A stretch of DNA of 63,375 nt, counting the filler, from Stramenopiles sp. TOSAG23-6 (taxonomy: Eukaryota): the NCBI GenBank assembly GCA_900128565.1. It is 10 parts of 10 records of this genome, joined end to end, with 100 filler letters (N's around TTAATTAATTAA, not from the genome) between each part and the next. Parts side by side here need not be neighbours in the genome. Positions count along the whole stretch, not along the records: positions 33,673 to 44,774 come from LT636281.1; positions 44,875 to 55,966 come from LT636282.1; 8 more parts are not named here. The stretch is one strand, 5' to 3'. The position numbers and the translations under genes were made by a program. The notes below the pieces were generated by a model that made no database searches, was not told the DNA's origin, and saw only the letters and a list, made by a program, of their open reading frames with translations. Shown piece by piece: positions 34,399 to 45,947 of this stretch. Numbering within the stretch: position 1 is the first letter of the stretch; each line of letters opens with the position of its first letter.

Positions 34399-35985
34399 TT
34401 ATTTAATTGTATCCTCATCTAATTGAGAAATGGATTCTTTCGCCTCTAATAAATCTGTGTGGTATGATTCACCAAACACAAAGGATTCACTTACATCATA
34501 ACTGAATACATCACAAATCATTCCAAAAATTGATTGACTATTTGCAAATCGAACAGGCAAATGATCTTTGAAATAGTTGTGAGTGAACCAATGTCGCATT
34601 TGAGTTGTTGTAAAAGGTCCTTGTACTACTAGATTATCATCGAGATACTCCCAACGGTCTTTTAGATGAGGAGGTGATGCTAGAATTTCATACACTCGAA
34701 GAGCTTTATACAAGAATTTTTGAATACTAGANTATTGTTTTTTTCTTCTTATATTTTTATTTCTTGATGACACATTCTGATTGATTACTATTTTAGGCAA
34801 TTCATTATTAATACTCTTATAATTACGATTATTTGCACTATTATAGTCTTTGCGGCGAGTACTTTTTTGTGAAAACGCGATTCTAGCGTTTTGAATTTTC
34901 TTGTGTCGATTATTAAATGAAACTAATCTTTGTAATGTAGCGTTGAATATATCTTTATGATATTCACTTTTACCATGAAAATTTCGTACATTTTGTGTTT
35001 GCTGTTGTAATGCTATACTCCTTGACAATATTTCAGTAGCATCCAAATTAGACGTTTGTTCAATCTTTTGTGTGAAGCACGGTAGTACACTGCATAATTG
35101 TTTTGGTAAACTGTTATTTTTTTTTGAAATGATTTGTGGTGTTGTTTCACTTTCACTAGGTAGATTCGATATTGAATTCATATCAAATTTTGTACCTAAG
35201 GTATTTTGAATTTGCGGAATTTTATCCTCTTTTAGTATTGTCTGGGACAAGCTCATAAGCCGAAACATTTGATTACTTTCGCAACATTTTACTATATGAT
35301 TTTCACTTCTAAGAATTTGATTCTTTTCTATTNTTGCTATTTGGTTTTTAATATGATTTCGTTCTGTAATCACTAATTTACATTTACTAGTTTCTTGACT
35401 CCCCATCTTCTTTAACCATTTTATTAGACTTTCGCTTGATGATACTCTCCCATTGTTTAATATTGCTATATCTAATACACTCAAACCATCTATGTTGACA
35501 GCGTCAAACGATAAAATTCGTTTTAGCGTTGCTGTTTTATATACTGTACACTGCTTATACAAGAGTTTACATATCTCTAAAGAATCATCACCATGTGTAG
35601 CGGCATAGTGCAGTGGTGTTTCTTTCCGAGCGTCTAAGGCACCGGCATCTGCACCATGCTCAAGTAAAAGATTAATAGTATATATATTACCTGACAAGAC
35701 ACATGAATGTAGCAGGGTCGAAAAGGATGAATTGCGTATATTCACAAGGGAATTTATCACACATTTAGAGCCACGATACATAACAATTTCTTCTTTTAAT
35801 GGTGCCAGTCGGTCATAAGGCGATGAGCATGAGAGCAAGTGTCTCACACGGGAAGTTGTACCTTTATAGCAGGCTATATCACACTGATTCAGCCATGAAG
35901 CTAAACGTTTTCGCATAATGTAAGAATACATACATTTTTCAATAATTAAGCATGCTTGAGAATTGATGCTACACTGCGATTCCAT
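34399..35985 (-). CDS. Ankyrin-repeat + GYF domain protein (start uncertain)
   Basis: TLLHSCV..LLEHGAD, ETPLHYAA; WEYLD..VQGPFTTTQMRHWFTHNYF. Confidence 0.8.
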   Translation of the reverse strand: MESQCSINSQACLIIEKCMYSYIMRKRLASWLNQCDIACYKGTTSRVRHLLSCSSPYDRLAPLKEEIVMYRGSKCVINSLVNIRNSSFSTLLHSCVLSGNIYTINLLLEHGADAGALDARKETPLHYAATHGDDSLEICKLLYKQCTVYKTATLKRILSFDAVNIDGLSVLDIAILNNGRVSSSESLIKWLKKMGSQETSKCKLVITERNHIKNQIAXIEKNQILRSENHIVKCCESNQMFRLMSLSQTILKEDKIPQIQNTLGTKFDMNSISNLPSESETTPQIISKKNNSLPKQLCSVLPCFTQKIEQTSNLDATEILSRSIALQQQTQNVRNFHGKSEYHKDIFNATLQRLVSFNNRHKKIQNARIAFSQKSTRRKDYNSANNRNYKSINNELPKIVINQNVSSRNKNIRRKKQXSSIQKFLYKALRVYEILASPPHLKDRWEYLDDNLVVQGPFTTTQMRHWFTHNYFKDHLPVRFANSQSIFGMICDVFSYDVSESFVFGESYHTDLLEAKESISQLDEDTIK

Positions 35986-36403
35986 CTAGAGCTTAGTAGT
36001 AGCCATTACTTATATCGGAATGAAGCTGAAACAGCATTGTGGTTTGTAAGTGCCCTCCAGGGAAGTGTAGTACTTGTTGCTGTACAAAAGCTAAGTCGTA
36101 TTGCTCTTCTGAATGTGACTGCAATTCAGGTTGTAGTATACGAACACAGAGGCAATGAAATTGGAAGGGAGGAGGCCGTTAATTCTAAAATTTAACGGAA
36201 ATAAAATATATAAAAATGCACATTGCGCGCGAAATTTATTCAAAATCAAAAAACAAGTTTGAATCCCGTTTTCTCATTCGCTCTTTCGTTGTTCGTTACT
36301 GTATCGGTCGACACTTGTCTTCCTTGGATACTATTTATTTTTGGACGATAATTACAAATTACTCATTGAATTTTGATTGATCAGTATTTCATTACTGGTA
36401 AAT

Positions 36404-39400
36404 ATGCCTCCTGTTAGTACTCTATCAGATCAATTGGGTGGCTCGAATATGCCCGATCCACACCAATTTTCACAATTGAAGCGAAAACTTGAGGCAATGG
36501 ACTATTTCCAACCTTTAGGAATCGATACTGTACCTTTGGTAGAAAAACTTCTCCTTGACCTTGTAGTGACAACCGAAAATTACCAAGCCATGGTAGGCAA
36601 AGTAGAGGAGTTACAAAAGAGCAGTATATTGGCGAACTCACAGTCTTTACCATTACGAAAGCACAATGCACGTCTTACTCGGGAAAACAATAGTCTTCAC
36701 GAGGAGCTCATCAAAAAAACAGAGGAGCAGCGAAAGTCAAGTCGCAAAGCTGATGAAGTTTTGCGTCCTTTGCAGGAAAAACTCGCAACTACAGAATTTC
36801 GTTACGATATGACCAAGAAGGATTTAAAAAGGTTAGAAAAAGAAAATACTGGGCTAAAACTTCGCTGTTCCCAATTATTGCAACAAAATGAAGTGTTAGT
36901 TGCTACACCTGCTCCAAGTATACTAAAGGGAAAGAAGAAAAAATCGCGAGATTGGTCTGGCCCAAAGCAAGTTTTAGAGAGAAGTCGNAGTGCTGCTCGT
37001 AATTCTTCGCCTGCAATGCGGCAAATTAATCTTCAAGAATCAAATGGTAATCAAAATGAACGCCATATGAAATTTAAGTTAAAGCAGGTTCGGTCAAAAG
37101 TTCAACCTAAAAATTCAATCAACCCTAAAAATGCTAGTATAATCGAAAAATCTGAGATGATAGTGAATAGATTACAGAAGCGAAATGATGAGTTACAAAA
37201 TGCGAAAGATGAACTANTAAAGGCAGTAGAAATTAGAAATGCTGAAATTTCTCGTCTTGGTCGTCGACTTGTGGAAGAAGGTCCGAAGGGAGGTGGTGGT
37301 GATATTGGGGGTGCTCAATCCGCTCATATCAACGAAGCAAACCAAAGAATTGTAGAGCAACTTAATGACCAAGTCGACTTCCTCAACGAGCAACTTGCAA
37401 GAAAGGATAAACAATTAAAATCATCCAGTGTAAAAAGTCGNGCTTTTGATGCGAAATGGTTAAAATTACGTGAGCAATTTGCTGCACAAGAAAAGAAGTT
37501 ACAAGATACTCGTGCAGCACTTGTGGAGCTTAAAGTAGAAGCAACTTCATCGGGTTTATCTGATCCAAAATCTGAAAGATCTAACAATTCTCTGCGAAAT
37601 GAATCTGAAAATGCTTCAGAGAGAGAGAAGTCTTTACTCGAGACTGTNGCATTAACACAAAAAAAAGCACAAGAAGCCGCAAATTTGTCTTTACTCGCCG
37701 CAGCCAAAAATGAAAATCTTGTTTCCGAAAATGCACGCATTGCAGATGTCATTGAAGCGTATCGAAAAGATAAATTAATATTTACTGCTGCACTTCAAAA
37801 AGCTGAAGAAAATGATGCAGAGCTTCGACTGAATATCGAACTTCAATCAAAAGAAATTGAAGATTTGAAATGTGAAAGAGATCGGACAAATGCAGAATTA
37901 AAAAATGTGTATGCAATGAAGGCTGGCATGAAAGACGATGAGGAAGCTTATCAGGCAGCCGTCATGCGCTTACAAAGAAAAGGTTTTTCTCAAAGTGATC
38001 AATTAAATAACTTAAAAAAAGATAAAAAATCTTTAGAAATTGCTCTTGATGCGCAATCACAGGATATTACTATCATTCAACAATCCCTCAAAAATTCTCA
38101 AAGTGAAAATGACAGACTTGTCGAAGAATTGGAAAAGTGTGCGAAAAAACATTTGAAAATTTCTGAGCGTTTGAGTTCAAGTACGTTTTTATTTTTTTTT
38201 TTTTTTTCAAATTTATATATTTTTTTTCATACGTAATTTTGTACCTAAACAAAAAATATTTTGTTTTACATATTTTTCCTCAATACATGTGATGCTGAAG
38301 CAAGACATACAAAAAATCTATTTCGACAAATGGAAGGAGATAGAGATAGAATTCGCAATTCACTAGCANTAGCNGAGGATCAATTATTAAAAAATATAGA
38401 AGAAAAGAACATGTAAGTTTTCATCATCATCATGAAACAAATATTTTGCTTTATATAGAAGATTTTGTACCTAACAATGTTATATATATATAGATATATA
38501 TTTCAAAATACATTTCTGATCAGAAAATGAAATATGCAATAGAAGCTCATGCAGTAGCCAAAGCTGAAATGGAAGCAATGCGTGATGATCGTGATGCTTT
38601 GCAGGAGAGAGTCTCTGCCCAATCAATTGAAATTGGAAGAATTGTTGCTGAAGCGGATGGATTATCAAAATTACAAAATCTTCCGGATGTTGTAGCAAAT
38701 CTTGAAAACCTCGCTCAGAAATGGAGAAATGAATCAATGAACATTGCACAGGAATTAAATACGTGTCAACGCCAGAAGCAGAGATTGGAGAATCAATTAG
38801 AGAATATACGTTTTTATCATTCATTTCATTTTTTTTTACTAAGAATATTACGTACCTAACAAAAACATCAAATGTTACATATTTTCCCGAAATACATGCG
38901 ACAATTGATAAAAATCGATCTGAATTATCTCTGAAGGATTGTAAAGAAGAGCGTGATGAACTTGATAAAAGTTACCAAAAACTTGTTTATGAATTAGAGG
39001 AGAAATCTGATTCATATTTTGCGTTACAGGCGCGAGAAAAAGAATTACAACAAATACACCGACAAAATATGGAGGCTCTCAATCAAGCTCGTTTAAAACA
39101 AAGAGATCAAGAAGAGGCTCTTATCGATGCACAACAACGTGGAATCAAGACATCTGAGAATGCAACTGCAGCTGCGAAACGTTTCGAAGCAATGAAGCAA
39201 CGTTGTGAAGTTGCGCAAAATGAAGTTGTGTCCCTATTGGCACAACTTAGATCTGAACAAGCTCGTTGTTCTGATGCGCTCACAGACAGAGAAAATCTCG
39301 CGAGGGAATTAAACACCAGTCGTGCTTTAGAAGAAAGATTGAAACTAGAACTTCAAGGTGCTACAGGTTTGGTCGGATCAGAAAAAGAAGTTGCGCAAAA

Positions 39401-40928
39401 TACTCAGAGACAGTTATTACAAACTCAAACAAAGGTTAGTGAGCTGGAGGAACAATTATCTCAAATGAGAACTCTCTTTACGCAATTGGATTCAACAAGA
39501 CGGCAGTTGGCTCAGAAATTAACAGCTTGCTACGTGACTATTGATGCACAGAGAGATTCTGAATTGGAATTAAAGCGAAAATATTCTGAGAAAGAACAAC
39601 AAATTGCAGAATTAAAAAATAATACCGATATATTGAAAATATCTTTAAATGACGTGGATCAAGGAAGGGATGATCTTCAACGTGAGCTTGATGAAAAGAC
39701 AGAAGAACTTGCTGCGGCATGTGAGCATCAGCGTACAAGTGCTGCAAGGGAGCAAGATGCTATAGAGCAAGTAATTTCATTACGTTCTCAATTACAGTCC
39801 TTGTCGACATCTTCTGGTAATAGAGAGCGTGACATTGTTCTACTTGAAAGGCGTGTGCAGGAGATGGAACGTGTACGTCAACAATTAACTCGACAAATTG
39901 GAATTAAAGATCAAGAAAATCGAGAATCACAAAATGATTTACGTGCAATGACGACAGAGAACGCCGCAGTAAACAATGAGTGTTTGAATCAAAGACAACA
40001 AAGGGAAGAAATGGAAAGACGCCTTCGCGATACGACATCGCAGCTATTACAAGCAAGAGAATTATGCAAAAGTCTTCAAACNGACAAGGACGATTTAATG
40101 GTNAATTACAGGTCAGCTTGCGACGAAAGAGCTAGGTTAGGACTGGCCGCGGATGCCTTTAGTGCAGAAGCTGCAGAATTACGTCGAAATGCACAAGACG
40201 CAGGACTTGAAGTGAATCATCTTCGAGCAGCTCTTGATGAAAAAAAAATGTTTGCTCGGGAACAGCAAGTTGAAGTTCAAACGTATAAGAATCGATTATC
40301 TAGTCAAAATCGTAGTTTAATGGAAGCAGAACAGGCGAGTGTCCGAGTCCAACAAGAGATGGCTAACGTTGCATCGACACATGCGAGCACAGAAGCAGTA
40401 GCTCATACATTGTCGTCGAAATCGGAGGCTTCACAAGCAAGAGCCATTGCAGCTGAAGCGGAAGCAGCAGCATTACGCCAGCGTGTTTCGATGATGCAAA
40501 ATGAATCAAAAATGATGCAAGACCAACTAAAGAATTCTGATAAAAAATTAAGACAAATGGAAGGTATCGTCGCTGAAGCCCGTTCAATTCAAGCAGGAAT
40601 AGGTGCAGGCGAAGTTTCCACAGAGATAGGCATTGATCCATACGTTTCACCAGTAGTCCCAAAACACACTCCAACCATATCAGCAGCTAGTACAAAGAGT
40701 GCTGATCAAGATACCACTAGGGAAGCATTTTCTGATGGATCTCCAATGAGTATGCCATCCGATATCGATAGTATTGATAGCGCGCATAATTTATTTATGA
40801 ATATTGAAGACGATGCTGATAGAAGCAGAGCTTCCCTTGATGCTGTAATTCTTGAAAATGAAAGATTACGCAATCAGCTTCGTTCAACAATTGCTGACAC
40901 ACAATATGAGACTACTAGCAAAAAGTAA
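36404..40928 (+). CDS. CEP135: Centriolar cartwheel protein CEP135/BLD10; introns 38181-38288, 38413-38513, 38806-38897
   Basis: LKRKLEAMDYFQPLGIDTVPLVEKLLLDLVVTTENY..NARLTRENNSLH N-terminus followed by long coiled coils. Confidence 0.85.
38181..38288 (+). mobile_element. Introner-like GT-AT intron
   Basis: GTACGT..GTACCTAAAC..CAATACAT. Confidence 0.8.
38413..38513 (+). mobile_element. Introner-like GT-AT intron
   Basis: GTAAGT..GTACCTAAC..AATACAT; the nearby CAG at 38521-38523 is out of frame. Confidence 0.8.
38806..38897 (+). mobile_element. Family intron with AT donor (AT-AT, or AT-AC if slid 2 nt)
   Basis: ATACGTTTTT..GTACCTAAC..AATACAT; restores the CEP135 frame. Confidence 0.75.
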
Positions 40929-41110
40929 ACATTTATCAGACAATTATGTCGTATTAAAATGGAATGAAAGTGGATATAAAAAAAATGTGTTTTTATTAGA
41001 ATAAAAAAAAAGAAAAGGTTATTATTATATTGTTTTGTATGCTTCAGATGATTTTCCAGCACATTGTAAAAAAATGGAAGCTGAAAAAAAGTGCCTTTTT
41101 CTTTAAACAT

Positions 41111-43177
41111 TCAATTCCAGGGGGCGGAAAAAGGAGGACTTCTGCTTGAAAACAAGATACCAGTGCATATACCTGCTAATCCATCACCGGCAAGAAAGCC
41201 AGCAGCAACAATTTTCAGTCTTGCTTTTAACTCATCAGTGTTGCTTTCTTTTACATGAATAATTACACTATCAATCATTTCGTTTTCTTCTTTCTTTTTT
41301 TCGACATCATCATCATCCAATAGATGTGTTGATAATGACTGTTGAGATGCACTTAATTGTATATCACATACTTCCCTTTGCTTTGGCATCTTCCAACCAT
41401 AACGAAGCAATCCAATTCGGACGCATAGTCCGAAAAGAACAGTGAGAGATTGTCCAGGTAATAAGTAGATACCTATACCAACTGCAGTAGAGTGGGGCAT
41501 ATATTTTTTATTCTTTTCGCTTAGCATATAATCACTTAAAATATTATTCATAAGTGCAAACATTGCACAGATTACAGAGATTTCACCAACATTGTCTGGC
41601 AACGCACTAAACCCACCGGAAAATATAACTGCAATAGCGCGATATGACCTTGAAATTACAGCTGGCAACGAATCAGAAGGAGCAGAAGAACTTAGTATTA
41701 AATATGCAGCACTGGACACAACACAGCTTACAGCTGCCCCAAGCAACTGTGCAGCTACCATTGCTCTTGGATCTGCACCAATTATTTCGGCCGTTTTAAA
41801 ATCCCGAACAAGATCCATCGCAGCATCTACAATTGCAATTGATAATGCTCCCAATGCAAGTGCAGGAACGATATGATCAAATCCTGTTGTATCACTTGTT
41901 GCTCCTTCCCAAGCAGAGAAAAATATAATCATGAGTTTTCCACAAGCACTTGCTAAATTAGATCCAGTGACTCCAACAGATTCTCCAATTCCAATAGACC
42001 AAATTGGTCCTGCAATGACAGCAATCAGTACTTGATATGTTTTTGTTTTCGGAAAAAGTATTGGAAAAATAAAAACAGGAAGCAATCCAGTAATGAGGAC
42101 ACCGCAAAGCCATACTGAAGGTGACATTACATCTCCATTCACGCCAAAAATGCTTGTAAATGTAGAAATATCAGATTTTTTTTGAATGTTCTTTTGTTTT
42201 TCCTCTATAACATTATTTCTATTACTAGGATATCGTCTCAAGCGTTGGGCTGAGCTCAACGCGAGATGTCCAACTTTCCAAGCAGAATCAAGAACAATAA
42301 TTGATATAGCAGGCAGAATATAAAAAGCATCAAGTCCTTCAAATCCANTTGCATCTTCNGCATACCAATTTCCTTTTTTAGAATATGCAATAGGTAATAA
42401 AATACCTGATGCGATAAATGAACCAAATACTTGTGAAAGTATATATTTTGGTTCAACTATAAAGCCTTGTCCAAAATTTGCAGGAGATAAATTAGCTTTC
42501 CAATAATAGCGGTTCTTTAAAAGTGTCCCAAATATTGGGAAATCTTCGAGATCTTTCATTGTCCATATGGCCAATTTGAAAAGTATCGCAGATCCAAGAG
42601 ACTTGAGCATCAGAACAACTGTACTATCGCAATTTTTATCTATATTGGTGCTATGTAAGGATTTAATTGCCTCTGCAGATGCAGTCGCATATGGAAACGG
42701 TAGCATTAATCGTTTAATAAGTCTAGCACGAAGTGGCAGTGCAAGAAAGAAACCAAAAAAGCAAAGGGAAAAGCAGAAAAGGACGAGTTGTGCAAAAGTT
42801 GGATCAAAAGTACTACTTTCACCAACCAGAGAATCACCAGGGTACGAATTATATTTCCTCAACTGGTTGGACATGGCAAAAACAGCAAATGGGAGGGAAG
42901 CACCACCTACCATGCTTGCTGCAGCAACCGAAGTTGTTTGAAGAACTGTATTTTCCTTTGCATTGGCGAGTGGTAGATGTCTCACGGAGAATTTATGTCG
43001 CACTTTATCAGAGACTTTAAGCATTCCACATCCAAGAATTGCTGATGTAGTATTGCCCATTGTTGTCCATCCATATCGAAAAGCAAAAAAACAATTCTGT
43101 AATGCCGTTAGTGAACCCAAGAATAATCCAAAAATAAGGGCTCTAGATGTGAACTCTTCTGGCCTTTTCTTCCACAT
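41111..43177 (-). CDS. OPT/YSL family oligopeptide or metal-chelate transporter
   Basis: KENTVLQT, LPFPYATASAEAI, DLVRDFKTA..GADPRAM..AQLLG; many TM helices. Confidence 0.9.
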   Translation of the reverse strand: MWKKRPEEFTSRALIFGLFLGSLTALQNCFFAFRYGWTTMGNTTSAILGCGMLKVSDKVRHKFSVRHLPLANAKENTVLQTTSVAAASMVGGASLPFAVFAMSNQLRKYNSYPGDSLVGESSTFDPTFAQLVLFCFSLCFFGFFLALPLRARLIKRLMLPFPYATASAEAIKSLHSTNIDKNCDSTVVLMLKSLGSAILFKLAIWTMKDLEDFPIFGTLLKNRYYWKANLSPANFGQGFIVEPKYILSQVFGSFIASGILLPIAYSKKGNWYXEDAXGFEGLDAFYILPAISIIVLDSAWKVGHLALSSAQRLRRYPSNRNNVIEEKQKNIQKKSDISTFTSIFGVNGDVMSPSVWLCGVLITGLLPVFIFPILFPKTKTYQVLIAVIAGPIWSIGIGESVGVTGSNLASACGKLMIIFFSAWEGATSDTTGFDHIVPALALGALSIAIVDAAMDLVRDFKTAEIIGADPRAMVAAQLLGAAVSCVVSSAAYLILSSSAPSDSLPAVISRSYRAIAVIFSGGFSALPDNVGEISVICAMFALMNNILSDYMLSEKNKKYMPHSTAVGIGIYLLPGQSLTVLFGLCVRIGLLRYGWKMPKQREVCDIQLSASQQSLSTHLLDDDDVEKKKEENEMIDSVIIHVKESNTDELKARLKIVAAGFLAGDGLAGICTGILFSSRSPPFSAPWN

Positions 43178-43619
43178 TCTGTAAACGTCAATCTTTTGTA
43201 TTGAACTAATTGAAGGTTGTTATCTAGTTGAAAAAAAAACTTATTCTAGCTGATTTAAAATATTTATATCTGGCAAATTGGTACATAAATACAGCAAATA
43301 CTATTATTCATAGTGTTGTTGACAATGTTTTGGAAGTTCAGATGTTTCGATAGAAGAAGACATTTTTTTTGTTTGGCCTTCATCAATCTGACTCGCTCTC
43401 TCAGGAGAGCGAGTAGTTCCTCAATTTCGATTTCTCCCTTCTTTGCTAAATTGCAAATTGGAAAATTTAGATTCGAAGGTCAAAAAAAATGCAAAAAAAA
43501 TGATCAATCATCTTTTGGTGGCCATCTCGAAAGTTCGAACAAACAATTAATTCATAAACTTTATTTTTCCAGTAGTCTTTACAGTGTAACACTGGATTAT
43601 TCTAATTTATTAGTGTAAA

Positions 43620-44690
43620 ATGATGGAGCCATCAGAATCTCCTCCTTCACACAAGGTACAAAATGTCGGGATACTAAGTGATACTTCACCCCCCCCCAGT
43701 ACCACCTCCTCGACCTCAAGTGTTTGAAAAAGCACGTATCGAACGTTCACGACGAGACGCTAGTATAGAACGTGCTCGTGACGCAAGGGAGGCACTTGCT
43801 GATCTGAAACTTGAAAAGGAGCCATCAGCAGCAAAGAAATTGTTTTCTCGTTTCCTTCAAAATGTGACACCACGAACTAAAGCTCGGAGAGAGGCGAAGA
43901 GTCTTGCGCGTAAGAAAAACTTGCGCCTTGAAAAGCAAATCGCCGATAACACTCGTGAATGGGTAGAAGTTGTTTTGCCTGATATTAAAAATATGTTATC
44001 TAAGCCTAAACAATTACAACGACTTTGTTTTGCGGGGATTCCACCCAAATGTAGGTCCAGAGCATGGCTTGAATTAATCGGAAATCGAATGCAAGTGACG
44101 CCAGAGCTACTGAAAATATTTAGCGGACAAGCTACTATNTTGCGAAATAAGATAATGGATGAAAATAGACTTTTAAATAATACGAATAAAAATAAACCTC
44201 ATATTGAAAATATTAATGAGACGAAAACTAATGAGACTAATAGCAGCAAGCAAACATCAGATATACAACACAATCAACAGTTACGAAAAAAGAGTAGTTG
44301 CACACAAAATAGAAAAGAAAGTAGGTTTTTTTTGAATTTTTTTTTCATAGTAAATTTTGTACCTAACAAAAAAAATATTTTCATACCATTATAGTTCCAC
44401 TTATGTATTGATTTCAATTTTTTTCATAGAAAATTTTGTACCTAACGATTTTTTTTACTAAAAAAAAAAAAAAAAAAATATTTTTTCACAATACTCCCAC
44501 TAGAAAAGAACCAAAACAAATGGAAAAATCTCCACCGTCCAACCCTAACCCTAATACTCCCACTAGAAAAGAACCAAAACAAATGGAAAAAACTCCACCG
44601 TCCAAAAGTCGTAGATTTTCTGATACAATCACAAGAGATAAAAATATATTAGATTTAGGTCGATTGAAAAGTTTGCGTCTTATTTTTCAT
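43620..44690 (+). CDS. TBC-domain Rab-GAP, TBC1D12/14-like (partial; probable indel in the C-run near 43690; family introns about 44321-44492 and from 44691)
   Basis: EWVEVVLP..LCFAGIPPKCRSRAWLELIGNRMQVTPEL. Confidence 0.75.
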
Positions 44691-44956
44691 GTATGTTTTT
44701 TTTTTTTCAAATTCAATTTTTTTTTTCGTACGAAATTTTGTACCTAACGATTTTTTTTTGAAATATTTTTCCAANNNNNNNNNNNNNNNNNNNNNNNNNN
44801 NNNNNNNNNNNNNNNNNNTTAATTAATTAANNNNNNNNNNNNNNNNNNNNNNNNNNNNNNNNNNNNNNNNNNNNGAAAAATATTTCAAAAAAAAAATCGT
44901 TAGGTACAAAATTTCGTATGAAAAAAAAACGAATTTGAAAAAAAATTAAAACATAC

Positions 44957-45677
44957 ATTCGAAATCAGTATGTTCGCCTATACCTAACTGACGACTATCT
45001 AATTGACCAGAAAGTATTGCAGGATAATGTATGCAATTCATTGAATTCATTCCTTCAGATACAAGAGAATCAAAAAAGTCATGTGGTAAGTTCAAACTAA
45101 TTGCAAAAAGTTCGAACAACTCATCTGATAAATGATGAAGTGAGTCGTAATATTGTTGTAAGTCACGTCTAAAAGCATAAATCTCTGACTCATTCATAAC
45201 GGAGTCATCAGGCCAAATGTTACTACTAAATAGTTCGTGCCGATAACAGGGGTGGTCTATAGGCAATTCTGCTCCTATATGGAAAACTTCTTTGTGGTCC
45301 ATCAACTCTGGAGCTTCATCTGAAGTCCTTTTATCCGTCGCATCCTGGCTATAACCCCCTTGTTCGTACATTCCGCTATATCCACGATATCCTTCTTTTT
45401 TACCTATATGGATTTGCATTTTCTTTTCCTTTGGAAGAGCAAAAAACGCTTTTAAATGATTGTGTGTCCGCATGATTAGTTTTGGGTCTATAGCGTGGCC
45501 ACTAACATAAAAGAAGCCATTACTCGACGCAGCTTCTCTAAGAGATGCTGCTACTCGTTGCTTGTCTTTGACGCCAACGTCTATTATTGGTAGCACAGCA
45601 GTTGAAAATAGTCCAACATTTTTTACACAACTGCTTTTACAATTTAAACGAAAAGATTGCCTCAATGTTCCAAACAT
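44957..45677 (-). CDS. 2-oxoglutarate/Fe(II) dioxygenase, IPNS/DIOX_N type (3' partial)
   Basis: LPIIDV, GFFYVSGH, FFALPKEKK, YRGY, NIWP, HYP, GEHTDF; family donor at 44956. Confidence 0.9.
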
Positions 45678-45947
45678 AGTTCTAATGAAACGATGTCATG
45701 TCTGATACAGTATAAAATAACCTGAACTTGGCTAATGAATATAGTAATAATAAATCTTGCGCCTTGAAATTCCTTGAAATTATTTGATTCAAAAAAAAAA
45801 ATCAAATTTTTTCAAACAACGGTCAAATTTTGATTTTCCCCTAACTTAAGTCGGACTTAACACAACCAACATATTACGATTGCCAAAAAAAGTCAAAGAA
45901 AAACGAGAAAAAGAGGATTACTCCAACTATTTGTTTTGTTGTTTTAA

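Noticed and set aside
38181-38897. Ciliate-like IES (DNA-level excision)
   Set aside because: Strict sense orientation plus donor-like and branch-like motifs point to RNA splicing; not formally excluded without reads.
43685-43700. Programmed frameshift in the TBC gene
   Set aside because: It sits in a C homopolymer where an indel error is more parsimonious.
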